Source of the DNA: Paraspadella gotoi | Taxonomy: Eukaryota; Animalia; Chaetognatha | Assembly: GCA_051294375.1 (NCBI GenBank) | Contig: CM119269.1 | Location: 11,204,883-11,268,882 of the forward strand | Direction: 5' to 3' | Length of the DNA stretch: 64,000 bases | Shown: positions 12,467 to 24,847 of the stretch, in pieces | Layout: each line of letters begins with the position of its first letter | How positions within the stretch are numbered: the stretch's first letter is position 1 | Position numbers and translations under genes: made by a program | The notes under the pieces: model-generated | Database searches by the model: none | Told to the model about the DNA's origin: nothing | The model's input: the letters and a program-made list of their open reading frames with translations, nothing else

Positions 12467-13020
12467 CAAGGAGATCCACAGGTACCGACCTAAAAAAATC
12501 GCTACAGCACCCATATAACCGATCTATTTCTCATGATATAGATTTCATTAGAAAAAGTCCTCGTCCTTACAAAACATATGACGACATGGCCACTTCATAT
12601 ATTACAGTGCAAAAACTCGACATTTTTCTGGCGGGAAAGAATCTTGATTTTTGAAATTCTTTGTACAAAATTTCAACCTGACTTGACTAACATTCATTTC
12701 ACCAATGGTTGACCTACTACAAAACAGAAAGCCTTTTATATTGTCTGGCTTTTAAAAAAATTACAATAGACTTGAGTCGAGACTTGCATTGAATAGCAGA
12801 GTGAATTTTAAAGCAGAAAACAGAACCTCAGAAAATTTTAAAAACAGAAAACTTGAAAAAGCGATCTGAACTTTGTCTTGCAACTGGGGCAAACGCCATG
12901 TTTTTGCAATAGGATAAGGGTATTCAAAAAAATATTCATGACTTGTGATTGTTTTGCCATGTAATAAATCAAATTATTATTTGAGCTTTAAAATTCGGTC
13001 GGTACCCTTGGATCTCCTTG
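12467..13020. mobile_element. Tc1/mariner-type MITE (554 bp)
   Basis: TIRs CAAGGAGATCCACAGGTACCGACC and GGTCGGTACCCTTGGATCTCCTTG, with TA on both flanks. Confidence 0.85.
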
Positions 13021-13067
13021 TATATTACATAAGGTACTTATGTTGGGGATTAAACATTATAAAATAT

Positions 13068-13516
13068 ATAGGAGGTCCAGCTTCATTTGTATCGGTAAAT
13101 GTTATTGTAATAGAATAAAATCGGTACAAATATATAATACAATCTATCAAAAAAATATACCCTCGGCAGCGATGCCGATGACCTTCTGCAAGCTTCTACG
13201 GAAGGCGGCACAAGCTCTTGCAACCGACTTCATGGAAAAGCGTACATCCCCGCTTTCTGAAAGTTTTCAGTTATGTAGGAGGCGCGTTTGATTTCTGGCT
13301 TCGCCAGTGGCCACCTCCCAATCAAGTCCGCTATCTTTTTGTTTCGATTATTATAAAAAAATTTTAAAAATTTTAAAGGGAAAGGCGTGAAAAATTAGGC
13401 GCGGTTAATGGATGGGAAGACAAAAGCACCCAATTTTCCGATAGTTCTATTTTTTTTTCTTGCTGAAACCGCTTTCGAGCTGTGAGAAGTTTTTCCAAAT
13501 GATCTGTACCTCCTTG
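13068..13516 (-). mobile_element. Internally deleted mariner/maT-like element with a transposase C-terminal remnant
   Basis: Imperfect TIRs AGGAGGTCCAGCTTCATTTG and CAAATGATCTGTACCTCCTTG|TA. Minus-strand peptide KSVARACAAFRRSLQKVIGIAAEGIFF* resembles the mariner/maT C-terminal pattern V.RAC..FR.RL..VI...G..FE. Confidence 0.55.
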
Positions 13517-13739
13517 TATAATGTATAATAAGCTTACCTCCTTTTTACGAGTTTTTTTATTCTTGTTTGTTTTCAACTCCTGAATTTAAGAAGTAAATTA
13601 GGTATCAATTAGTGACTCATTATGAGATATGTTTTAAATACTTACCATTTTGATTTTAAAGCTGAATTGAATAGAAAAACTGTCCTGAGTAGAAACAAAG
13701 TTGGGTTGAAAGATGTTTCCTAGGAAACGTCAACCTCAC

Positions 13740-13744
<5 letters not shown>

Positions 13745-13823
<79 letters not shown>

Positions 13824-13855
13824 TTTTTTTTCTTTCTTTCTTCTTTCTCTCCTAC

Positions 13856-13911
<56 letters not shown>

Positions 13912-13935
13912 TTTTTTTCTTTTTTTTCTTTCTTT

Positions 13936-13991
<56 letters not shown>

Positions 13992-14116
13992 TTCTTTCTT
14001 TTCTTCTTCTTCTTCTTTCTTTCTTTCTTTATTTTTTTTTTTTTTCTTTCTTTTTTCTCTTTCTTTCTCTCTCTCTCTCTTTTTTCTCTCTCTCTCCTTT
14101 ATTTCTCTCTCTCTCA
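13745..14116. repeat. Compound (CT)n/(CTTT)n microsatellite; representative of many (AG/CT)n tracts (e.g. 25742, 29078, 30948, 31114, 36902, 38434, 46220, 49800, 56380)
   Basis: Directly visible simple repeats. Confidence 0.97.
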
Positions 14117-15243
14117 TTTTTAGCACACACGCGTTTGCCAATGATTGCTTGCCATCGGTCTCAAATTGTAAATTTGATCTCTCTTATTAAAATAAACCTA
14201 GAAAGCGAAAAACGGCAAGTACCATGTAGTATTTAGTGGGAGAAACGAAATTAAACGAGACGCGTTTTTAGTGTTCTCGATGCACGATTCCTTTTGCAAT
14301 AGATAGCTTGTTTCCGAAAGACCGCATTGCCGCCGCCGTATTTGTTGATACTCATCTCGTAAACAGAGAGAGATGAAGAAATTAGAGAAGTTTACATCCT
14401 TTGCAAAGCGCCGTTTCGCGAGGCGTGTGAATGGGCCTTGGGTTTTGGTAAGATTTTAGGGTGAAAAATTTGTTTCCGGAACGGGAGAGTCGGCAAATAG
14501 GGGTTATTTTTATTAACATGATATAGAAAAACGTGACTGGGAATCCCCTAATAATATGCTTAAGACATTTGGGATTGTTTGATAAGGATGTCAACATGAT
14601 ATGAATGATGACTTCAATCAGGAGAAAACGAATCAAATATTTAAAAAAAAAATTACTGACGGGTGAAGAGTGGCAAGAGGCACCGACCAACATCCCTCTC
14701 GGAAAGGGGTTGACAGACGCCCGTCTCGTTTCAGTTCCCTCGAATTCTTTGGCGGACGACGCGCTATAAAATTCCGCCTCGTAAAACCTCTCGTTTCCCT
14801 CCGGTAAACATCTTTAACTTGGCGTCGGGAGATCTGAGGGTTTGGGAGTTGGGTCTTTACGCGGAGGCGATTGCTCTTTTCGCGATTGCCTTTCTCGCTC
14901 GTAATTCACAGTCGTCCCTAATTCGTTCAATTTTAGACGTTGCTTACTGTGGGGTCTGGGAACTGAGGGATAGAATTGCTTTCGTTTTTCGTCAGTAGAA
15001 GGATAGTATCGGGTAGTAATGATAGTAATAGTTATGGTGGTAATTCTGCGATTTGAATATAGCCTTCGAAGTTTTTGGTAAACTTTTCAGTACGGATTAT
15101 CAGTCCACCAAAAGTATCTAAAACAATTTCGTTGGTCTATAGTCTATAGAAATGATCAATTGATAGTCAGGGGCTTTTACTGAGTTAATAACAACAACGG
15201 GCGGTTTCGACAATGTAGAAAACGAAGAAAACGTAGTCATGAC

Positions 15244-18200
15244 CAGGGATGCTGGAGGCGGTGAATTTCGCCCGCCTCCACTCCCCGCCTCCCGAGACCC
15301 CCTCGCCTCCGGGTTTGCGTTCGCCTTCTCATTTTTTTAGCCCGGATCGCCTCCGCAGTTCCGCCTCACTTAACGCCTCCGGCTTTTTGTTAAAAAAACT
15401 GTATTTATAGTTTTGTTATTTGATATTATTTTTATAAAATTTAGATCTTTCAATTTGTTATGTTTTAAATTTAAATAAATACAAACATTTTTTTTTATTT
15501 TTAAATGTATATGTTTTAACTTTTTTCAAATCTTTTAACAAATATATATATAAACCATTTTTCCAAAAACATTTTAAAAAAGAGAGAGGGAGGAGAGAGG
15601 AGAAAGCAAAAAAAAAGAGATAGAAAGAAAGAGAAAAAAAAAGAAATGGGAGAGAAAGAGATAAAGCTTCATAAAAAATACTTAGGAAAAGGATATTATT
15701 GAGAATAAGGACAAAATTTATTTTATATAACTTTATTTCATTTTCTCTTTATTTACTCTTATTCTCTTCTGTCCTTGAAAAAAAATAGTAAAAAAAATTC
15801 TAGATTTAATTTTAATAAAATTCTAAAAGTAAAGAATAAACAACATCGTACTACAAATATTTATTATATAAAAATTGTATTATAAATTTTGCCATTTGTA
15901 GTAAGCTATATTATGAATAATATTCATTTAATACATAAATGTTTAAAACAGGTATAATTGAGAATGAAGAAAAGAAAAAAGAAATAACTCATTATTGAAA
16001 CTCACAAAAAATTAAAAAATATAATGTTTTTACAACATCGTTAGTGAGTCAAAAAGTTATGATTCAAACAAGTTTTTTATGAATTTAAATTTGTATAATT
16101 TTTATCAAAATAATAAGAAAATTATATCGACTTTGTCATTCTTTGTCAAATTTAACTTTCTCTATATCCAAACATTATTTACTAAAAGAAAGCTTGAGAG
16201 AGACAGTAATTATTATATGTGTTAATGACAGAACCGTTCAATATAAGCAGTCCCTGAGCTCTCGGATCAGGCTTGTACACACATGTTACAGGCGGGTTAA
16301 GCGCCCCGTCTCCCTTCAAACTGCAGGACGACCACCGGGCTCAGAACCGACCGAACCTTTGGGTTGGGAGTGCGAATGACTTGACTTCCGGCTCCAATTC
16401 GCCGCTGATGAACGGCTGCTGAATTTTAGTCCAGTCCATAAGCTTTTAATTTGAAACCCATTCCATAGAGCGCTACGTATTTGTTTTTAAGTTATTAATG
16501 AAAATAACTCAATTATACTAAAAATAGTAACAATTTGGGTAATTAGTATATGAAAGACTTATTCAAGTATGACGCGGCTCATAACGCTCAGTTCAAACTG
16601 AGCAATAAGGGTACGTTCTCACAGCAACTCTGCTACGTCTTCTACAACAGTTCATATTTAAACACTACGGGGGAATCAATGCCTCGATTTTTGAAGGGTA
16701 GATCGCAGATGAAGGCCCATCCTCGCCCAGCGAGAATTCCGAATAAATCCAGTGGAAGCCCTCACTCTCTTTCTTTTTCACTCTCTCTCTCTTTCTTTTT
16801 ATCACTCACTCCTTTTCCTCTTTCTTCCTCTCTTAACTTTCGTGTATTCCTTTATTCTTATTTTGACTTTCTGGTTTTTCTATTTCTTTTTTTGTTATTT
16901 TCAATTCAAAACATTTTATTAATTAAGGTTGTGTCAATTATTTTACTAATTTGTTGTTTTAAAAAAAATATCAAATTAAAATCCAAAAAAGTTAGAGTAG
17001 TATTACCAAATTAGTTAAAAATCGGAATTGTGTAATTATTTAATAAAATTAGTATATTACCATAATTTTATATCTTTACTATTGGCATTAGAAAAAATTT
17101 CATGCTTGTTTTTCAATTCAGCTGAAAGTTTTATTAGTTTTAACTTACAATAAAATAAAGCAAACAATGCCGGCATCTTGTACGTCATCATTAGCTGATA
17201 ATTAGATTACATAATTAGTGAAACAAATATTAATAGAATTTTATATATTACAATTACATTTAAGATGTAATTTTTTCCAACAAACTAACCAAACCAGAAT
17301 GGATAATTGTTATATCTGTTGCTTACGCCAATGTTTATGAATTTGCTGTATAATAAATCTCCTTAAATCCAGGATAATATAAATTCGTTATATAAAAATT
17401 AAAACCATATAAGTTTAAAAGGTAATTATAAATTTAAAAAATTATAAAAAAAGAAAAATAATTACAAGGTTAAAAATAATACAAGCTTAAGAAAATAAGG
17501 CAACGTTTAAAAAAATGCTGCAATTTGAAAAGAAAGTGCAGTTAAAAAATGATATAGGTTAAAGATATGCATTCAAATATGCAGACGATTAAAAAATGAT
17601 TTAAAAATGAACATAAAAAAATGAATATCCCTTCGCGTACCTGGCAACAGTGTCGATAGTATAACGTACACAGAAATAATGCAAAGTACAAACAAAATAA
17701 GTTGTAAAATCAAAAAAATACTATAAATTCAAAAATATTGGAAGTTAGAAAAAAATGGAGCTGCAGTTATCAAAAATAATGCAAATTAAAAAAAAATGAA
17801 ATGAAATTAAAAAATGATACAAGTTAAAAAAATTAATGCAAGTTGGAAAAAATATATACAAAATAAAAAAAAAGAAATGCTTCATAAAAAATATATAGGC
17901 CTAACAAAAATTAACTGCAAATTTAAAAATTATGGATTCAAGTGTATTAAAATAAATATAAATAAAAAAAATAATGCATGTTAAAAAAATCTATGCCAGT
18001 TAAAAAATTATGCCGATGTTGAAAAAAATGATGCAGAGTAAAAAATTATTTGATTAATAAAATCCAATAAAAGTAATAAATAAATAGAAAGAATTTTAGA
18101 ATTATGAATTTAAATGATTGAATTAAAATTTCATTGGAATAAATTAAACAATATTAATTTTTTGTTTTAAAATTAAAAATAATAAATTGAGTGAATGAGT

Positions 18201-18594
18201 TATTAAAAGAAAAGATATAAAATATATGCTTATGTACAACTTATTAGAAAAAAATAAATATAAAACAGAACTAAAATTTTTTTTGATAAAACTATATGTA
18301 GATTAAAAAAACAATGGCACTGCAATATAAACTCTTCAGAATTAGTAATATCTAAATTTTGGAAAAAAAAAGGAAAAAATCTTTGTTGGAACAATAGAAA
18401 GGTTTTAATTTGGCAAAAACCTTTTGATATTCGAGCTATAAAAAAACAAAAGCATAAGTTGGCGAACCGCAACGCTTTTGTGCGCCTCCGCTTCGCCTCC
18501 TCTCCCCATTTTTGACTCTTGTCAGTTCGCCACCTCAAAAAACTCGCCTCGCGCGTTTTTCACTCCGCCTCCCGGATCGCGTCTGCATTCTCTG
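15244..18594. mobile_element. Non-autonomous hAT (Ac-family-like) DNA transposon, 3351 bp
   Basis: Perfect 8-bp TSD GTCATGAC at 15236-15243 and 18595-18602 (nTnnnnAn pattern). Imperfect TIRs CAGGGATGC and GCATTCTCTG. Clusters of CGCCTCC subterminal repeats at both ends. AT-rich interior with a degenerate ~18-bp AAAAAATAATGCAAGTT array (~17400-18050). No transposase ORF. Confidence 0.85.
16195..16440 (-). mobile_element. Solo LTR of the TRIM-like family, nested in the hAT element
   Basis: Reverse complement of the 24617-24847 LTR (GACAGAACCGTTCAATATAAGCAGTCCCTGAGCT...). AGCT on both flanks (16191-16194 and 16441-16444). Confidence 0.85.
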
Positions 18595-19261
18595 GTCATG
18601 ACCCCGGCGGAAATTTGCCACTTTGGTCCCATCAATTCAGTCCTCAGCACAAAGAACCAGGTAGGTGCCCGCGGTTTCCGCGCCCTGATTGCGGCTGGGA
18701 TTCATAAATCTTTCCTTTTTGAAAGGACCAACGCGTTGTTTGGGGGAAGAGGCGAAAGCTTAAAGAATATAATCAACCTTCGTACATACCTGAGTATAAT
18801 GGAACTTATAAATATTTGAAACAATAAGCACAGGAAAATAGTATTTTGTAAGCATAAGCGAAAGGAATTCTGATATAGTATAATAAATGCTTGTCGTTTA
18901 TTGTCACGTGTAACTTTTGAGACACAAATGAAAGCCCTTTAAACGCCTATTATCTTAGAACTATGCTTACATTTCTGTCAAAAAAAAAATTGTGCAAAAT
19001 AGAAAAACAAGTAAAAAATATTTATAATTTGCAAAAATCTAGATTTTTTTTTCAGATTTAAAGATCGATAAATAAAAAAAAGGAAAATCGCGCTTCAGGA
19101 TCTAATTTTTTCCCTCTGTTTTTTTAATTTTTTTTATTTTAGAAATTTGATCTTTATTTTTTGTCGTCGTCGTCGTCATGGTGATAATATTTCATAACGG
19201 AGCCCGGAGAGGCATAGGAATAATGCAATGATCTGACTATAATTGAACAATAATAATAATA

Positions 19262-19406
19262 AAAGCTTGCAGGGACCTGCTATGTCATTATCTTGTAAGA
19301 GTGATGGAGGCCTTAAACCACCAAAGCCTGTCCAAAGTCAGGGGCAAGATAGCTTATTTATTAAATGAATGGATAATTTTTATATTGGTTGTACCAATTT
19401 CATATT
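19262..19406. repeat. Dispersed ~140-bp repeat, inverted partner of 11271-11408
   Basis: AAAGCTTGCAGGGACCTGCTATGTCATTATCTTGTAAGA...GGGGCAAGATAGCTTATT. Confidence 0.85.
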
Positions 19407-19570
19407 AATATAATAAAGAATTCTAAGGTCATTAAAACAAATTTTTACCTCGACCTCAATGAATGAATCTCTTGCTGCTCATGAAGATTACTTTTTTGCG
19501 GTTGATGTATATTTAATGATCGGATTTCCTTGTCCGTTCCAAAATTTTTCAACTCATACGTACGGTCGTA

Positions 19571-22500
19571 ATGCCGACCTCAGACATCCTACCTGACGTC
19601 TCCTCCAATTTCATTTTTCGTCGCCCGCATTTCAATTCCGAGCCCGCCAATACAGCTTTAGCCGGCGCCGTTTTGTCGTCAAATGAAGCGACTTCGACCG
19701 AGAGACAAAGCTTCGTGGTAAACGTTCCTATCGCCAGAGTTAAAACTAGCGCCAGCGCCGGAGTCTTTAGTCGGGTCAGTAGCAGCGTCGGTAAAGTCGC
19801 CAAAGATGACGTTTTCTTCTCGATCTCGCGATCCGATTCGCGGCGACGCTCTAATTCCTCGCCGTCTAAACGCTCATCCTCGCATCCGCAAATGGCACGG
19901 CAGAGGACTTTCGGACCTTCGCATCAAACTCGGCGGCTTCGAGGATTGACGCTTCCCGTGGCCCAGTTAGAGTCACCCATGTCGCTATTTCCACCTCGCT
20001 CATGGTGGCGCCCTTGGTCCAAATGCTTCCGTCGTCCCCGCGGCGACCTCGGAGTTCCTTTCACAGATGATCCTTCCGTTTTAGCGGCGACCAATGCGAC
20101 GATTGCGAAATCAGCGTCCACTCTCCTCATTTCAGGAGAAACGGCGCGACTGCCGAAAATTCAGTCTCCCCTTCCGACGGCACGCCGATGGGATCAGGAG
20201 CGGCGACGTCGCCCGAGTCGACGCCGGTTTGGTTCATCGATCTCTCCGCCCCGGCCGTCCAAGTTTCGAGAGGCGCCGCCGAAAATGAAGGCGCGATGCC
20301 CACGTTGTCGACGGATCGTGATGCCGAGAGATTTCGACAGGGAAAGATATAGACGGCAGGCCCTCTGGACGTTGGGATTGGCAGAGAGTTTTATGGAGAG
20401 GGAAGAGGATGATGAAGAAGAAAACGACAGCGAAGACGAAGTAAATGGGTTCGACGACGATGATCCTTTCGCCAGACTCGATGTTCACGTGATGGATTCG
20501 TCTAGTCACGTGAAGGATTCGTCTGGTCACGTGATGGAATCGAAAGGGCTGTCGATGGAGTCACAAAGTAATCGAATACAAACTTCAAATCACGTGACAA
20601 ATTCAAGTCAGGCGCCGGGTTCTCGTCATGTGACAGAATTCTTGGATTCTCCCGCCAAGTGGGCTTCAGTCTATGGCAAAAGGCTTCCCATCTTGGACGA
20701 CAAGTCGGTTGGTGTTGCCGATTCATTCGTTAACAATGTCTCTACGACAATTTCGCCAGTTTCGGGCTGCCAACCAACCAGACCTTCCACCTACGCTCTC
20801 CTCGAGGATCCTACTTCTTGGTCGTCCGCTAATCAATTTCCTTCCTCCGCGTCTCATTTTCGATCGGCAGTTGCGACGGCGGACGGCGATCCACCTCCTC
20901 AGGTCCCACGATCACCCCCTCTTCGCCCGCGGTCTTCCGTGCTCTCGCCCGCTTGGGGCGCGACTCACCAATCGGCACTACCCGCTTGGATTCTCAATCT
21001 GTGCCAAGACTGTTGGCGACGTCTGGTCAAGGTGCGATCGTCCAGGTGAGGAATGAATTTAAAACGTTGCAACTGAACTTAGGAAAATGTGTGGAAAAAA
21101 AATAAAATGAAACGCAATGACTTATATAAATCATTATAAAATTATCACTGGTTCTATTAAAAATATATTTTTTTTTCAGAGAGCATCAATTAATTATTTT
21201 TCTTAGTTACTATACTCACACATTCCCTCTTGTTTCTAGGGGACCAGAAAATTCGGTCCGGGTTTTTTCGGCGACAAGAGAAGGAGGTCATCATTCTTTC
21301 GGAATTGATGGCGAGAGAGTGGCGCCGGAAAAGGGGAAGCACCGATCGAGGGCCGTTCGACGCGTTCTTCAAGAAAAGTTCGAGGAAGATGACGAGGTCG
21401 AAACTGAAGCGGAGCATCAAGATACGGATGTCCTTCAGCGACGTCGAACTTTTGGTGACTTAGAACAAAAACCTGCTGCATCGGACGAAGATGACTTCGG
21501 CCGACGAACCCCGTCGGAAAAACTGTTTTATTTAAACGAATCGCGGCCAAAAGGATATGATGTCGCCAAAGAGGTAGCGTCGACCTCTTTGCTGTCGGTG
21601 GTTGGATCTCGCGGAAATGTCGCCTTTGTTCGAGGCTTAGGTGGTAGGCGCGTCAGCGGCGTAAATCTCGGAAGCGGCACGACGCTTTACCCTGGAAGCG
21701 GAACCACCTCAGATCATTTCTCTACACCGTGGACAATCTCCGATGCGACAGGCTTCGATTCGAGCGATGACGCTAATAGAGGTTTTAAATCTGCTCGGGA
21801 TGCTCTCATTGGCAAGGAGTCAACAGCGACGACGAAAAAGGAAGACGTTGAAGACGATGATATACAAATAGATGGCGTTGATCGAAAAGGAGAATTAAGG
21901 TACTGTGACTGTACTCGTTAAAAGAAACCGAGCCTACTTCCTTCGTTGCTAATATAATATTTCTTACCTTAGGGGAGCGAAAAGCAGCGAAAGAATCGAG
22001 GGAAGAAGTAAATACAACGATGAAAAACCCGAAGATGCCCCAACGTCAACCGGACTTTCGGGCGAGCGGCAATTTTTTTATGACTCGTGGGCTCGGAATC
22101 CCTCGTCCAAAAAGACAATGGATCTAGGTTCGGCCGGTGTCGTCGTTGTTGACGGTGAAGAAGTTGAACCGGGTGCGGAGAAAATCGAAAGCAAATACGC
22201 AGTTAAAAAGGTTGACAGATCTTCGAAGAATTCGGCTAAGAAATCTTCGCTTATTTCTTCTGAAAGTCCGACGCCTCCTTCGAAATACAAGCTCGAATCT
22301 CGATCCATGAACTCGCCATCGACATCCGGGGCTACGTTGCCCTTAAAGGCGCCAACCAAACCTTCCACATCATCTAAACATCTCTCCACTACCACAGACG
22401 AAGTCTCCAGACCATCCCCGAAGCAGGTCAAAGACTCCGAGGCAATAACCAAGCCGAAGGAGTTGCGGCCTCCTGAAAAAAATATGCAGTCCGCCCATAT

Positions 22501-24005
22501 GTTCAAGTCAATGGGATCGCCTAAAATATCTCTTTTACCGCAAGCGGTTGTACCAGAAGATAGGACAATGAAAGTCAACCAAATCCAAAATTTGCCCCAA
22601 GAAAAAAAGGAAGAAACAAGCATGAGCTTTCTGGAGCGTCTCAAATCCATCGGACAAAAATCCAAGGACGACAACGTCAAGGGAAACCAAAAAGACAGTG
22701 AAGACAACAACAATAACAACAACTCCCAAGGACCTCCACCATCCACTGAGCGGAGGGTTCACTTTTCGACGGACGCAAAATCGGAGTATGAAGAGGACTC
22801 GGAAGAAGAGGATGAAGAAGAGGAGGAAGAGGAGGAAGCTAACGACAACGAAGCGCGAACGCCGAAGAAGCGGCGACAAAGACGTCGAAACCGCGACGCC
22901 TTCCTCGTCGGTAGCCACGACGATCCGGGCGCCGAGCTCCGCGCCCGGCGCCGCAAAGATGCCGAGGACCGAAAGTTGGCCGAGGCCGCGGTCGAAGCGG
23001 CGGCTTTGGCGGAAGAGACGGCGAAGAGGGAGGAGGAAGAGGAGGAGAAAAGGAGGGAGGGGGAGAGAAGGTCGATTTGGCATGCCGCGGCGTTGGGCCT
23101 CAGTAGAAGAGCTTGCAGGTTGGATGACAACAGCCAGCGTGAAGTTTTGGCTGTGAGTTTCTGTTGTTGTTTATAGTTCAATTCGTTCGGTGTGTTTCTT
23201 CCAATTATTTTAATTTACTTATCAATTTACAATCCTAACGACATTGACATTGTACTAGTTTACTATGTAGGTTCGAGATTCCGATCGACGTTCGATCACT
23301 CGCGTCGATGTCAGTCCGCGACTTTCTTCTTCGTCACTGCGTCATCAGTTCGAGACGTCGACATCTGTACAAGAAAGTTTTTAACGTTATCACTAACTAC
23401 AGGTCCGTCATGACTAAATGTATAAATATTTTTAAAGTAGGCAGAAAAGACAGAGATTTATAAGGAAGTAGAAGATAAAGCGTAACGTGTGTCCTACAAA
23501 AGTGTGTTTTTTCCCCTATTCTATCGCTTTTATTTTTTTTTTTCTATCGCATCACAGCAAAGATCGGCTATCGATCGTCGAGCTCGACGCTGCCCTTCGC
23601 CGCCTCTTCGTCCAGGGAATCGAAGATCGCGAAATCAAAGAGGTTCTTCGGTTATCCACACTCTCGATCGGCGCTCCGGGCGATAACGAGTTAAAGGCGT
23701 CAAAGGCTAATGAAGAAATCTCGTCGTCATCGACTGAGCTAGACTTTCCGCTCTTTTGCGCCGTGGCGGCTCTGGCCGAACGTCTGCTCTGTCCTCGAGT
23801 TGCTTTCGCAACGCCTACCGCGTGGAGGAGTGCCAGCGCGGGGCCCTGGCGTCCCGGGGCGGCGTCGTCGGCCACCGTGTCGGCGTTCTTGACAAGAGAC
23901 GCCGTTGAGGTCGCCGACTTTGCCGATTTAAAGGGGAAGTTAAAGGGGGTCGAAGTGAGGACGGAGTTGTTGGCGTTGTTAGTGCGTATCGACGAGATTG
24001 GGTAA
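19571..24005 (+). CDS. Uncharacterised ~1286-aa protein: long Ser/Arg/Pro/acidic low-complexity region and a compact C-terminal helical, possibly EF-hand-like, domain. Exons 19571-21045, 21240-21899, 21973-23118, 23271-23402, 23558-24005
   Basis: Four GT-AG introns, all phase 2, join the long ORFs in frame (3861 nt = 1287 codons). The C-terminus reads LGLSRRACRFEIPIDVRSLASMSVRDFLLRHCVISSRRRHLYKKVF...RLSIVELDAALRRL...LDFPLFCAVAALAERLL...VEVADFADLKGKL. The start codon is not verified. Confidence 0.8.
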
Positions 24006-24221
24006 TCATTCAGTAAGTGGCGTATGTTTTGTAATTGTAAATCTGTTTTTAATGTATTTTGACTGAAAATGAAAATAATAAATACACTTGATTGATTATG
24101 CAATTTACATGTCATCTCATCCGTGAAGGTTTGTTGATTGATTTTAACCTGGATGTTGTACTAAGGATGGAAGCGGAACTCGGCCCCGGAGCTAAACTGC
24201 ACTCTGCACCTTCGTTGATAT

Positions 24222-24847
24222 TATGGTGGACTAAAATCCACCAACCGTTCATAAGCGGCCATTGGTGCCGGAGGCAAGTCATTCGCCTCCCAACCCAAAG
24301 GTCCACAGCAGTTAAGAGGGACGGGGCGCTTAACCCGCCTGTAACACGGTGTTACAGCCTGATCCGAAGCTCAGGGACTGCTTATATTGAACGGTTCTGT
24401 CACTAACACATATCAATAATTACTGTCTCTTCATTAGTGAGCCCGACTTCCAAACACAACAGCAACAACAACACTTTCAGGCGTCATGCCTCAACCTGGC
24501 GATGCTCTTTCCGCCAACAACACATCAGGCGACATACCTCAACCTGGTGACGCACTTTCCACCTACAACAATTCACTGAAGAGACGCAACAGACTTCTCC
24601 CTACAGGAGGGGGATGTATGGTGGACTAAAATCCACCAACCGTTCATTAGCGGCCATTGGTGCCGGAGGCAAGTCATTCGCCTCCCAACCCAAAGGTCCA
24701 CGGTTCTAGCCTGGTGGCCGCCTTGCAGTTAAGAGGGACGGGGCGCTTAACCCGCCTGTAACACGGTGTTACAGCCTGATCCGAAGCTCAGGGACTGCTT
24801 ATATTGAACGGTTCTGTCACTAACACATATCAATTACTGTCTCTTCA
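24222..24847 (+). mobile_element. TRIM-like miniature LTR retroelement, copy B (complete, 626 bp)
   Basis: Two near-identical direct repeats at 24222-24433 and 24617-24847. PBS-like TAGTGAGCCCGAC after the 5' LTR. PPT AGGAGGGGGA at 24605-24614. Non-coding interior of ~180 bp. ATAT on both flanks. Confidence 0.9.

Noticed and set aside
13656-14141. ERERER / LSLSLS ORFs here and at 25654, 28797, 30901, 34151, 36875, 38303, 46848, 52934, 56255
   Set aside because: Products of (AG)n microsatellites.
16395-16440. CTGATGA in the TRIM LTR suggesting a retrozyme hammerhead
   Set aside because: No stem II plus GAAA follows, and the box is not conserved in the other LTR copies (CTAATGA, CTTATGA).
19295-19350. 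SECIS-like element (GTGA...AAA)
   Set aside because: No partner GA for the quartet, the AAA is not conserved in the 11271 copy, and no selenoprotein ORF lies upstream.
22078-23181. Long antisense and alternate-frame ORFs over the 19571-24005 gene
   Set aside because: Shadows of a GC-rich, low-complexity coding exon, with no splice or motif support of their own.
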